Source: Bacteriovoracaceae bacterium (GTDB taxonomy: Bacteria > Bdellovibrionota > Bacteriovoracia > Bacteriovoracales > Bacteriovoracaceae). Taken from it: a stretch of DNA of 47,202 nt. The translations under genes and the position numbers were made by a program. The notes beneath the pieces are model-generated. The model ran no database searches. It had not been told where the DNA came from and saw only the letters and a list, made by a program, of their open reading frames with translations. This document shows positions 1 to 8,783 of this stretch, in pieces. Positions within the stretch are counted from its first letter, which is position 1. Each line of letters begins with the position of its first letter. The stretch covers positions 1 through 47,202 of the forward strand of contig JBMYPC010000004.1 of NCBI GenBank assembly GCA_049599895.1, in the 5' to 3' direction.

Positions 1-59
1 GTTGGTGTCCGGCCAAACGCCCGCACTCCACACTTCTCGGTTTTCATTAGGACTTTTAA

Positions 60-1347
60 ACCTCATCTAAAGTAATTTGCCACCACAAAGGCTTTGCTTT
101 AGTAAAAGAAAATCAAAAGCCTTGGAGCAAATATTTAATATCTTGTCACGTAAGAGGGAGCAGGAAGAAAATTCGAGTTTTGTGCTATAAAAAAAGCGAT
201 GATGAGGCAATTAAATCTTTTAAAAACCTACTAAGGAAATATAAAGATGGTAGGAATCGAGTTGTTTTCATAGATGAGAACGTACCAAGGATAACAAAAC
301 ACAATAATCCAAACTATATACATCGAATTGATTTTCACTACTCAGGAAAGCTGGGAAGTGCTCTCAACTCTTTTTTAAAAAAGTATCGAGCGAAAAATAC
401 CTCGGAAGGCTCCCTTGAAACTGTGGAAACTGTTTGTCGTGGCTTATTTGCACTAAAAACTACGGAGACAACTGTTACGAAAACTCTTATTGATAATTAC
501 TATCGAACTTTAACAATGACAGATTCCCATAGGGCACCGACAACAATAAATTCATATAAAAAAGTTATTAAACTAATACTGGATGACCTAAAGAAAGATT
601 CACGTAACCTTCTTGTTGATTTTATTGTTCCAACACCAAAGCAGTTGAAAAGAAGAAACATTAACTGGTTTTCAAAAAAACAGAAGGCATCATGAAAAAA
701 GTGAAATTATAAAAATTATCCCCCATCTTCTTAAGATTGAAGACAGAAGGGTGAGAACAGCTCTCTTTTTACAATTCTGGACAGGTTGCAGACCAAATGA
801 TGCGTGTAAAGTCACGCTTACTGATACAACAATCGTAATTTATGCAAGCAAGACAGAATCTTTTATTCAAATTCCTAGGTCCGTTGAGTTTGAAATATTG
901 TCAGTCATTGCAGACTTGGCGATTGGAAAATATATTCCTACAACCTTACCGATTAATAAGGTTTTTAATGAAATATGCCAAAAAAGCATTAATCAAAGTT
1001 CAGAACGCTACAATATTAGACATACAGTTCTCACACAAAGAGTAATAAGCGAAAGGTCTCCAACAAAGCTTATTGCCCAAGAAGCAGGTCATGCAATGAT
1101 AAGAATGATCGACAGTAACTATGGAAATAGAGTTGTCTTAGAAAGTAAGCCATTTGAAAAACTAATGAAATTTAAAGAGTTAGAGGTAAGTTATAGGGGT
1201 TGGTTTCTTCAAGAGTGCCTCATAGCAATATATCCCTCTATAAAAAAAGGGATATCCCCCAAATGCCCCAACTACAAGCAAGTTCAAAAGCTTCTTAAAG
1301 AAAAGATGAAAAAAGAAGTTAAGATAGAGAGAAAGTCTCTTCTGTAA
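60..1347 (+). pseudogene. Tyrosine recombinase/phage-type integrase split by a +1 frameshift (ORFs 180..695 and 751..1347)
   Basis: The C-terminal ORF carries the tyrosine-recombinase catalytic set: TGC-R, ASK, YNIRHT (HxxR-like), AGH, DSNY. Its frame is open back to 649 and overlaps the N-terminal ORF (649-695). Removing one A from ttgaaaagaag (~647-650) gives the continuous read PTPKQLKEETLTGFQKNRRHHEKSEIIKIIPHLLKIEDRRVRTALFLQFWTGCR. The N-terminal frame is open from 60 but has no ATG there. The gene lies next to a tRNA. Confidence 0.8.
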
Positions 1348-1528
1348 GGCTTATTTTCTCTTGCTCTGATTCATGCCTGTGCCCTAAGTCAGCTTCAAGC
1401 CTTCTAATGTAAAGATTCCTTAAATGTCGTGCCTCTCTTTGAGAGGTACATTTTTTTAATTCCTCTTTAAACTGTGGATTAGAATCTACTATGTGGTGAG
1501 ATGGATTCTTAAAGGTAAAGTTTTTCAT
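1319..1528 (-). CDS. Small hypothetical protein (69 aa, MKNFTFKNPSHH...)
   Basis: The ATG at 1528 is preceded by AAGGAAG (SD-like). The longer ORF-track start (1615) lies inside the tRNA and is rejected. It overlaps the integrase 3' end by 29 bp. Confidence 0.5.
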   Translation of the reverse strand: MKNFTFKNPSHHIVDSNPQFKEELKKCTSQREARHLRNLYIRRLEADLGHRHESEQEKISLTEETFSLS

Positions 1529-1549
1529 AACTTCCTTGGTTAATAAAAT

Positions 1550-1660
<111 letters not shown>

Positions 1661-1685
1661 TCCCAAGCAGTTGTAAATTTTCCGT

Positions 1686-1739
1686 TCAGTAGTTTGAGAG
1701 AAAGTACGTCAAAGTCAAACTACTGATAGGGCTTTTTTT
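1686..1739. other. 12-bp inverted repeat/hairpin in the inter-tRNA spacer (possible + strand terminator or protein-binding site)
   Basis: tcagtagtttga (1686-1697) and tcaaactactga (1715-1726) with a 17-nt loop; a T7 run follows on the + strand after 6 nt. Confidence 0.6.
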
Positions 1740-1782
1740 CTCAGTCTTTTTAAGCGTTTAGCAATAAAAACCTGCTTGTTCG

Positions 1783-1826
1783 TCTTCACTGCCAGCGAAG
1801 CGCTCTCCCAACTGAGCTATACCCCC
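1783..1826 (-). pseudogene. Truncated tRNA-Ala(GGC): positions 1-44 only (no canonical T arm, 3' acceptor strand or CCA)
   Basis: GGGGGTA-TA-GCTCAGTTGGGAGAGC-G-CTTCG CTGGCAG TGAAG-A has an intact D arm and anticodon arm (GGC, C32-G38). 1798-1827 matches 1618-1647 at 29/30 nt. Confidence 0.88.
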
Positions 1827-1841
1827 ATCGATTGAAGGAAT

Positions 1842-1871
1842 ATTGTTAAGGAAAAGCCTCATGTTTGGCAA
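1842..1871 (-). promoter_or_regulatory. Putative sigma70 promoter of the tRNA locus
   Basis: TTGCCA-N17-TAACAAT, ending ~15 nt upstream of the tRNA fragment. Confidence 0.4.
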
Positions 1872-1908
1872 GAAAATAGGTAGTTTTTGCCACAATGCAA
1901 AAAGAATA

Positions 1909-1935
1909 TTGAGAGAAAATGCTCCTCAACGATAA
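1909..1935 (+). promoter_or_regulatory. Putative sigma28 (FliA)-type promoter for the candidate sRNA
   Basis: TTGA-N15-AACGATAA versus consensus TAAA-N15-GCCGATAA; it shares CGATAAGTA with the promoter of the ankyrin gene. Confidence 0.35.
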
Positions 1936-1941
1936 GTATAG

Positions 1942-2051
1942 TGAGCATACAAGAAAACTCCATGCTCCGGTCGAAACAAGGAAGTGGTTTAGGCCGTTAA
2001 GAAACGCTGGGAGGCGGAACAAGGTTGTGACTCTCCCAGCTTTTCTTTTTT
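1942..2051 (+). ncRNA. Candidate ~110-nt sRNA with three hairpins, each loop containing ACAAG
   Basis: Stems: gagcat/atgctc (1943-1967), cggtc-g-aaac/gttt-a-ggccg (1968-1996) and gctgggag/ctcccagc (2006-2040), followed by ttttctttttt. Confidence 0.4.
2006..2051. terminator. Rho-independent terminator (likely bidirectional; downstream of the ankyrin gene)
   Basis: 8-bp GC-rich stem; T-tract on the + strand and GTTTCTT on the - strand. Confidence 0.7.
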
Positions 2052-2083
2052 AATCCCTAAAATTTAATCTTGAATTGAAAACG

Positions 2084-5000
2084 CTATTCGTTCTCAGCTG
2101 TCTTTTGCTTTGAGCTTTCTTCATTGCGCTTGAGGAAACGTTTCCAGAAATTGGGCCTTAAGCAAAAGTTTTGAGAAGTATCAAAGCGATAGATTTTTTT
2201 GTCTTCCTGAGCGATCTGATATCCACTATTGTCTTTTTTATGAATTTTTCGACAACTTGGAAGATACCGGTCAATCCAATTGGCAAGATAGAGATAGCCT
2301 TCGTGATCTTCATCTAAAACGTCTTTGATTTCTTTTAAAAGAAACTGACTGTCAATTCCTAGAAGCATTAACTTTGATCCAAGTTGAACAATCTCATCTT
2401 CCGAACTTTCCTTTAAAATCTTTCTTAAAGTTTCTTTATGTTCTTCATTACGATAAAAATGAGAGAGAAAGTCGTCCTCTCCGTTATAGTTTTTTAATTC
2501 ATGAAAGATCACCTCAAGTAAGCTGTCAATATCATCACTAATTAGGAGATGATCGATCACACGCATTTCAGACTCAAAGCCATTTTGAGTGATAAGTTCA
2601 GGAAATTTTCTAATCAAGAATTGAATTAGCTCATAGTTTTCTCTTTCAATCGCTTGAAAAATAACGGTATTGTTTTTTCGATCGAGAATATTAGGGTTAA
2701 CATTAGGGTAACTAAAAATTGCCTCTAAGAACTTTTCAGCAAACTCCTCTTTTGCAACCCCTGAATTCTCGACTTGCCAATCTTGCCTTGCAGTTAAAAT
2801 GATCAGAGGATGTGTGAAAAAAGAAAGCTCTGATTCCTCATCTTCAATTTTCTTTCCTAAATTGATATCGGCTTTCATTTCCCGTAAAAGATCAATGATT
2901 TTTATATTTCCTCTAAGAACGGCGAGACTTAAAGGAGAGATACCTTTGGCTTCACTTATTAAATTTGGGTTAAACTTAGGCCTTGGTTCTTCAAGTTTAG
3001 GTTCTGCTTTCTTTTTTCCATAAACAAGATATTCAAACAAAACTTCAGAGTTATAATCTATTGGGATGTGGATAGGATAAAATCCTTTATACTCCCCAAA
3101 GTCTATGATGCGATTAACATCTTCAAACTTCAAATCATTGAAAAGGTATTTAAGAATTCGATAATTACTTCCCGTGAGAGCATTCACGAATACCCGAAAC
3201 TGATCTTTAGAATGATTAAGAAGATAAGCTTGAGTTATTTCGAGAAGTGAAGTCTCTTCAGTGGCAAGTGCTGTGTTGAGATCAGGACCGCTATTAAAGA
3301 AAAGATCGATAGCCTTTAGGCCATTCGCATTGATGCCATCAAAACCAACATTATAATCAAAATAAAGCTTTATCAGACTGACATCTTGTGTTTTTAACGC
3401 CACTTCAAAAGCCCAGTCATTCTGATCATTTTGTATACCAGGCTCTAAATCTTCTTTATATTCTTTAAAGAGAAATTCAGTGGTTTCGATATGACCATTT
3501 TTACTCGTCAAATGAAGAAGAGTATTTCCATTTGAGTCTGTTTGGTTGATAAGCTCTGGTCTTCGTTCTAAAGCATTTTTTAAAAACACTTCATTATTAT
3601 TTTCGGCGGCAAAATGAGCTAAACTCCAGTCATTGACTTTATTGTTAACATCCTCCAAATCAAAAAGATTTCGAGAAACGATAAGTTGCAGAGTTGGAGT
3701 TGGTCCAAGCGGCTTTGTTTCAGGCTTAATTTCAGGCTTAATTTCAGGCTTAATTTCAGGCTTAATTTCAGGATTAGCTTCAGGAATAACTTCAGGAATC
3801 TCTAGGCACTCCTCACATTCCTCTTGAGGAGGTGTTATTATTTTCTTTTCCCAAATCACAGCGTACTCAACTGCTGTATGGTGCTTCTTATCTCTTTCTT
3901 TAAAAAGATCTGTCTGATTAATCATCAAATCGGCAATCATTTTATTGGCCCCATGATACCGAACAAGAAGATGAGCAATGTTTTGCCCTAGGTTATTCTC
4001 CGACTCAATTTCGAGTTTTTTGAAGTTCTTTTCAATGACTTTAAGGTAACGCCCTTGATGAAGTCCTAAAAGTTCTAAAAAGAGTGGGCTTCCCTTTCGT
4101 TTTTCATTGATATCGAATTGATAATTCTCAAGATAAAAGTCAATTGCTTCTAAATCAGGGTAACGGTTTTTATTTGAAAAAATAAGTTCTGACAGAACCG
4201 AATGTCCTTGACTGGTTTTTTCATTGGGATTGAAGTCTTCATTTTTAAGAATTTCAAATCGAATTTCTTGCCCTTTTTCTTGTTTCATCTGAAACGCGAG
4301 TTCGATCGGAAGCCTTTTGTGAACGTCTCTTTGATTTGTAATTGAGACCTCTGCCGTTTGGGCCAGTTCATAAACTTTTTGTACAACCAAAAGACCATTT
4401 TCTTTTGCTCTTACAGCTAAAAAGAGAACGCCTTCCCCCCTATGATTGATAAGATTTAGCTGATCGTTTAGTTTTTGTACTTCAACATTGAGCGTAAGAT
4501 CATTTAAAATTTTCAAAGCTCCACTTTCAATGGCAATTGTAAGCGCAGAGACTTCTCCTAGAGTTTCATCTTTGTCCACGACTTCAACAATCTTCAGAGG
4601 CTCACCAACAAGAGATTTTAAAAGTTCATAGATCTCAAACACGTTTTTATAAATTGAAAGATGAAAGATGTTTAGGTTCATATAATATTTTTGATCTTCA
4701 CCTGCACGTATTTTTGTAAAAGGATCAAAGTAAACTTTCTTTTTACTTTTACGAAGTTCAGTTTCTCGTTTGACCATAAGATCAAAAATTTCAACTAACT
4801 CAGTGCCCTGTTCAAGTTCTCTATAATGATCAACATTACTAAGAAGAATGTAATAAGGAGAAATTTTATACTGATCGACAACATTGTAATGAACACCCAA
4901 AGAGAACAATTCTTTAAACAACCCTAAGTCTTTGTTTAAAGCAGCGAAATGAAGAAGATTCGACTTGTCCTTTGTTTTTTTATTGAGAAGCGATTTAAAG

Positions 5001-5467
5001 AGCTCTGGGTCAAGGTGGGCCCTCGTAAAATTAAAAAACTCATAATTTAAATGATAAACAATATAAGACAAAACATTGTGTTCAATCCCATGAGTTTGAT
5101 AAAACTTAAGAGGAGACCTTTCTTCAAAGAAACTTTTTAAAAAATTGTAATGAAGTCCACTTAGGTTTTCTGTGCCTTTGATTCTTCCAAGATACTCAAT
5201 GTAATTGAATAAGAGCGAATCGTTCTTATCATCTTTTGCATCCTTCTCTTGAAAATTAAGATCAAAAGCTTCAGCTCCTTTTTGAATGGCCACAAGAACT
5301 TCGTTGTGGAGGTCTCGCTCTAAAATCGCATTTAAGTTTTTTGAATTGTTGCTCTTTTCTGTCTCTGGTGAAAGAACACTTGCATTTGACAGTGAAGGTT
5401 TCAATATTCCAAAAAGAAAGAAAAAAGCACAGGATAATTTGGTAATAAAGCTTAAGATTCTCATCAC
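2084..5467 (-). CDS. Large secreted ankyrin-repeat protein
   Basis: N-terminal signal-like peptide and many ankyrin motifs (SNLLHFAA, GNTLLHLTSKNGH, WSLAHFAAENN, GISPLSLAVLRGN). The start may be the ATG at 5464. Confidence 0.85.
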   Translation of the reverse strand: MMRILSFITKLSCAFFFLFGILKPSLSNASVLSPETEKSNNSKNLNAILERDLHNEVLVAIQKGAEAFDLNFQEKDAKDDKNDSLLFNYIEYLGRIKGTENLSGLHYNFLKSFFEERSPLKFYQTHGIEHNVLSYIVYHLNYEFFNFTRAHLDPELFKSLLNKKTKDKSNLLHFAALNKDLGLFKELFSLGVHYNVVDQYKISPYYILLSNVDHYRELEQGTELVEIFDLMVKRETELRKSKKKVYFDPFTKIRAGEDQKYYMNLNIFHLSIYKNVFEIYELLKSLVGEPLKIVEVVDKDETLGEVSALTIAIESGALKILNDLTLNVEVQKLNDQLNLINHRGEGVLFLAVRAKENGLLVVQKVYELAQTAEVSITNQRDVHKRLPIELAFQMKQEKGQEIRFEILKNEDFNPNEKTSQGHSVLSELIFSNKNRYPDLEAIDFYLENYQFDINEKRKGSPLFLELLGLHQGRYLKVIEKNFKKLEIESENNLGQNIAHLLVRYHGANKMIADLMINQTDLFKERDKKHHTAVEYAVIWEKKIITPPQEECEECLEIPEVIPEANPEIKPEIKPEIKPEIKPETKPLGPTPTLQLIVSRNLFDLEDVNNKVNDWSLAHFAAENNNEVFLKNALERRPELINQTDSNGNTLLHLTSKNGHIETTEFLFKEYKEDLEPGIQNDQNDWAFEVALKTQDVSLIKLYFDYNVGFDGINANGLKAIDLFFNSGPDLNTALATEETSLLEITQAYLLNHSKDQFRVFVNALTGSNYRILKYLFNDLKFEDVNRIIDFGEYKGFYPIHIPIDYNSEVLFEYLVYGKKKAEPKLEEPRPKFNPNLISEAKGISPLSLAVLRGNIKIIDLLREMKADINLGKKIEDEESELSFFTHPLIILTARQDWQVENSGVAKEEFAEKFLEAIFSYPNVNPNILDRKNNTVIFQAIERENYELIQFLIRKFPELITQNGFESEMRVIDHLLISDDIDSLLEVIFHELKNYNGEDDFLSHFYRNEEHKETLRKILKESSEDEIVQLGSKLMLLGIDSQFLLKEIKDVLDEDHEGYLYLANWIDRYLPSCRKIHKKDNSGYQIAQEDKKIYRFDTSQNFCLRPNFWKRFLKRNEESSKQKTAENE
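3718..3772. repeat. In-frame 12-bp tandem repeat (tttcaggcttaa x ~4.6) encoding (PEIK)n
   Basis: Directly visible; degenerate PE-xx units continue on both sides. Confidence 0.95.
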
Positions 5468-5471
5468 TTAC

Positions 5472-5498
5472 TTATCGTCTATGGAGAGATAATATTGA
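5472..5498 (-). promoter_or_regulatory. Putative sigma28 (FliA) promoter of the ankyrin gene
   Basis: TCAA-N15-GACGATAA, 7 nt before the ATG at 5464. Confidence 0.55.
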
Positions 5499-5602
5499 CT
5501 CTAAGTAGCTGAGTTGGAGGCTCAAGCAAATGACGAAACGTTTGTCATTGCTCCTTAGAAGTTTTAATCTATTAGATAGGCTAAATAGTACTTGAGGATT
5601 TT

Positions 5603-6964
5603 ATGAGTGTTTATGTTAATCGCGTTTTAAACTTGAAGAAAATCAAGGCGATAGGCTTTGATATGGACTACACAGTCGTCAGATATGATTCAAAAAACTT
5701 TGAAGAATTTGCTTTTAGGCAAACATTAAAAAAGCTTCATGAAGTGAGAAACTACCCAGTGGAAGTTCTTGATCTTGAATTTGACTTTGAAACAGTTATC
5801 CAAGGACTCGTTATTGACCGCAAGCGAGGAAACCTTCTTAAGCTCTCACGATTCGGAAAAGTTAAATCAAGTAAGCATGGAACAACACCTATTAACTTTC
5901 GTGCCCAACAAAAAATCTATGGCAATCTCACCATTGACCTAGCTGAATCGAATTATCAATCACTCGATACCATGTTTTCCATTTCAAATGGAATACTTTA
6001 CGCAAAACTTGTCGATCTTAAAGCCGCAGGAGTTGAACTCCCCTCATTTGAAAATATTGCAGTTGATATTAAGGCCATGCTTGATCTTATTCACAGTGAC
6101 GGTTCATTAAAAAATGAAATTCGTAAAAATCCTGAAAAATATGTTCTCAAGGATCCTGAAGCTGTGGAACTTCTTGAACGACTCAAACTTTCAGGAAAGC
6201 AATTACTCATTATTACAAACTCTGAATTTCCCTATTGTAAGTTTCTAATGGAATACGCCATTAAACCTTATTTAAAGCATTTTAAAGATTGGACCAAACT
6301 TTTTGATATCGTTATCACTCTTTCAAGAAAACCGAGTTTCTTTAACCAAAGAAACAGTATTCTCAGTATTGATGAAGAAAGTGGAATGATGTCAAACTGG
6401 TTTAATAAAGTCACAAATGGAGTCTATCAGGGGGGAAGTGCACTGAATCTTCAAGAGGACCTTGGCCTTGAAGGTGAAGAAATTCTTTATATTGGAGATC
6501 ATATTTACGGGGACGTTGTGAGTCTTAAAAAGACCTGTAATTGGAGAACCGCCCTGGTTTTTGAACCACTTGATAGTGAAATCCAGGCCCTTAAAAAGAG
6601 TCAGCCAATTCAAAATAAGATCGACACTCTCATGCAGGAAAAACGAGATCTTGAAATAAAGTTCAATAGTCTTGATCGAAACACCGGAACTAAAGATAAA
6701 GATGAGGCCATCAAAATTAGTGACCGACTTGATGTCATTAACAAAGAAATCTCCGAGTTCATTGATACCTATAATTCACATTTTAACCAGCACTGGGGAC
6801 AAATGATGAGAGCAGGATCTGAAGAAAGTCGCTTTGCGGATCAGGTTGAAAAGTATGCTTGTATTTATATGACAAAAGTCTCAGATCTTTTGGACTACAC
6901 CCCTAAAACATACTTTAGACCACAAAAGAGGATTCTCCCTCATGAGATGGAGATTTTCGAATAA
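5603..6964 (+). CDS. HAD-IG family 5'-nucleotidase (cN-II-like)
   Basis: Motif I GFDMDYT, plus ITNS, KPSFF, YIGDHIYGD, WRTALV and YACIY. Confidence 0.92.
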   Translation: MSVYVNRVLNLKKIKAIGFDMDYTVVRYDSKNFEEFAFRQTLKKLHEVRNYPVEVLDLEFDFETVIQGLVIDRKRGNLLKLSRFGKVKSSKHGTTPINFRAQQKIYGNLTIDLAESNYQSLDTMFSISNGILYAKLVDLKAAGVELPSFENIAVDIKAMLDLIHSDGSLKNEIRKNPEKYVLKDPEAVELLERLKLSGKQLLIITNSEFPYCKFLMEYAIKPYLKHFKDWTKLFDIVITLSRKPSFFNQRNSILSIDEESGMMSNWFNKVTNGVYQGGSALNLQEDLGLEGEEILYIGDHIYGDVVSLKKTCNWRTALVFEPLDSEIQALKKSQPIQNKIDTLMQEKRDLEIKFNSLDRNTGTKDKDEAIKISDRLDVINKEISEFIDTYNSHFNQHWGQMMRAGSEESRFADQVEKYACIYMTKVSDLLDYTPKTYFRPQKRILPHEMEIFE

Positions 6965-6969
6965 GCTTT

Positions 6970-7929
6970 TCATTCAAAGACTTTTTCAAGAAATTGATTT
7001 GAAACTTCATGGGCAAAACGTCCATAACCGCCGGCTGTTACATAAAGTCTTGGGATGTCTTTATCTAAAAGGTAGTTCTCGATCATCATATCTCTTTCAA
7101 GGATTTCTTTTTCAGAGAGTTTAAGAGTCTGGCTACTAGACAACTCATCTTTTTCATAAGCATCTGCGCCGTGAATAATGAAACAAAAACCCAGTTCTTC
7201 AGAATGAAGAGAGCCTAAAACCTCTTTGAGTTTATCGAGATAATCTTTTTGATTTTCTAAATTAAAGCCACGAGACAGTTCTGTAATCTTTGGAAGATCA
7301 TAACCTTCAACATTGAATGGCCATGCATCTTTCATATAAAAATCAATAATCTCAACATCATCCCGACCTTCTAAAAGATCAAGATTGCCATCTCCTAAAT
7401 GAGCATCAACATCAATGATGAGAAATTTCTTTTGGTCTATCTTTTCTTTAATTTTTGAAATGCTATAAGCGACATCATTAACAAGACAAAAACCATGCCC
7501 ATACTTCTTTCGAGCATGGTGCATTCCTCCACCCAGAAAATAAACCGCCTTTTCTTTCAAGGCGAGTTCAGCACTAAACTTCACCGCTTCAACTTGTTTA
7601 AGAACATATTCATAAATTCTGGCAACTGATTCATCTTCAGGAAGTTTGCGACAATAAAGAAGATTGCCCTTTTCATCAATAAATTCAAAACATTTAAGAA
7701 TTGCAGGACTTCCCGCTTCTTTTAAGGAGTCGATGTATTCTTTTGAATGAAATAATAAAAGCTCTTCATCTGTTGGAAGAGAAAGTTCATCCAATGAAAC
7801 TTCTTTTGAATCCCAGCCTCTTTCTTTAACTAGGCTTAGGATATTCTGAAACCTTTGGGGTAAAAGAGGGATCTCTAAACCAAAGTCCTGAAATTTAGGA
7901 AATAAAGTCTCATTGTAGACAACTTTCAC
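6970..7929 (-). CDS. Histone deacetylase-family amidohydrolase
   Basis: GGMHHA, GHGFCLVND, DVDAHLGDG, GAD and GGY motifs are intact. Confidence 0.9.
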   Translation of the reverse strand: MKVVYNETLFPKFQDFGLEIPLLPQRFQNILSLVKERGWDSKEVSLDELSLPTDEELLLFHSKEYIDSLKEAGSPAILKCFEFIDEKGNLLYCRKLPEDESVARIYEYVLKQVEAVKFSAELALKEKAVYFLGGGMHHARKKYGHGFCLVNDVAYSISKIKEKIDQKKFLIIDVDAHLGDGNLDLLEGRDDVEIIDFYMKDAWPFNVEGYDLPKITELSRGFNLENQKDYLDKLKEVLGSLHSEELGFCFIIHGADAYEKDELSSSQTLKLSEKEILERDMMIENYLLDKDIPRLYVTAGGYGRFAHEVSNQFLEKVFE

Positions 7930-8783
7930 TCATTCTCTCCAAAATACCGTCTCTCAACATCCAACTTGATGCTAAAAATCGAATCGTAGAGCTCCAGATT
8001 ATTGTGCTTCAGACATCCTTTTAAAAGAACTTTCGTCTTAGTGAGTAATTTCTTAAGAGTCATCACCTTCTTTCGGTCACTTAGAGCTTCATTTTGAACG
8101 ATTTCATACATTGAAAGCACTCTCCAATAGTCCATGGCCTTATATTTTGCCGAAAGCTGATCTTCATGCCCACCGAACTTATGAATAAGAACTTCTTCAA
8201 GAAAACCAACTTCGTGAAAAGAAAGGACTCGAAGCCAAAGATCATAATCTTCACAAACGGGAAAATTCTCTTTAAATCCTCCCAATGATTGAAATAAGTT
8301 TTTCTCTATCAAAACTGAAGAGGGAGAAATCAAACAAAGGTCTAAGGCCCTTTCAAAAAAGTCTCCTCCACTTTTTTTATGCTTAAGATGCTGATTTAAA
8401 AATTTGTCATTTCGAAACCAGGCTTCATTGGTATGAACAATTTTAAGATGAGGGTTTGAAGTCAGAAACTCGACTTGCTTTTCAAGCTTGTTCTTAAGCC
8501 ATTCATCATCACTATCGAGAAATGCCAACCACTCGCCTTTGGCTTTATGAACACCAACATTTCGAGCGTGAGAAACACCAGAGTTTTCAATTTTAATCAA
8601 ATGAGCTTCAAGTATTTCACTTATCAGCTTTTCTGTTTCATCTGTTGAACCGTCATCAACGACGATGAGTTCAAAATTTTGATAACTCTGATTAAGAACA
8701 GATTCAATGGCCCTTGATAAGACCTGGGCCCTATTAAAAGTTGGAATAATGACACTAATAAGTGGCGAAGAACTATCTCTCAT
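7926..8783 (-). CDS. Glycosyltransferase family 2
   Basis: ISVIIPTFNR, VVDDGSTD, FLDSDD and EDYDLWLR. Confidence 0.93.
   Translation of the reverse strand: MRDSSSPLISVIIPTFNRAQVLSRAIESVLNQSYQNFELIVVDDGSTDETEKLISEILEAHLIKIENSGVSHARNVGVHKAKGEWLAFLDSDDEWLKNKLEKQVEFLTSNPHLKIVHTNEAWFRNDKFLNQHLKHKKSGGDFFERALDLCLISPSSVLIEKNLFQSLGGFKENFPVCEDYDLWLRVLSFHEVGFLEEVLIHKFGGHEDQLSAKYKAMDYWRVLSMYEIVQNEALSDRKKVMTLKKLLTKTKVLLKGCLKHNNLELYDSIFSIKLDVERRYFGENE

Noticed and set aside
3..40. tggtgtccggc at the window start as a possible tRNA 3' end (minus strand ...GGACACCA)/att site
   Set aside because: No T-loop (TTCG) or match to the Ala acceptor strand.
1919..2053. 44-codon + strand ORF (MLLNDKYSEH...)
   Set aside because: It starts inside the putative promoter, runs through the terminator hairpin and has no recognisable protein features; an RNA interpretation fits better, though a peptide is not excluded.
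3633..3827. ORF with (SGLI)n repeats
   Set aside because: Antisense shadow of the (PEIK)n repeat in the ankyrin gene.
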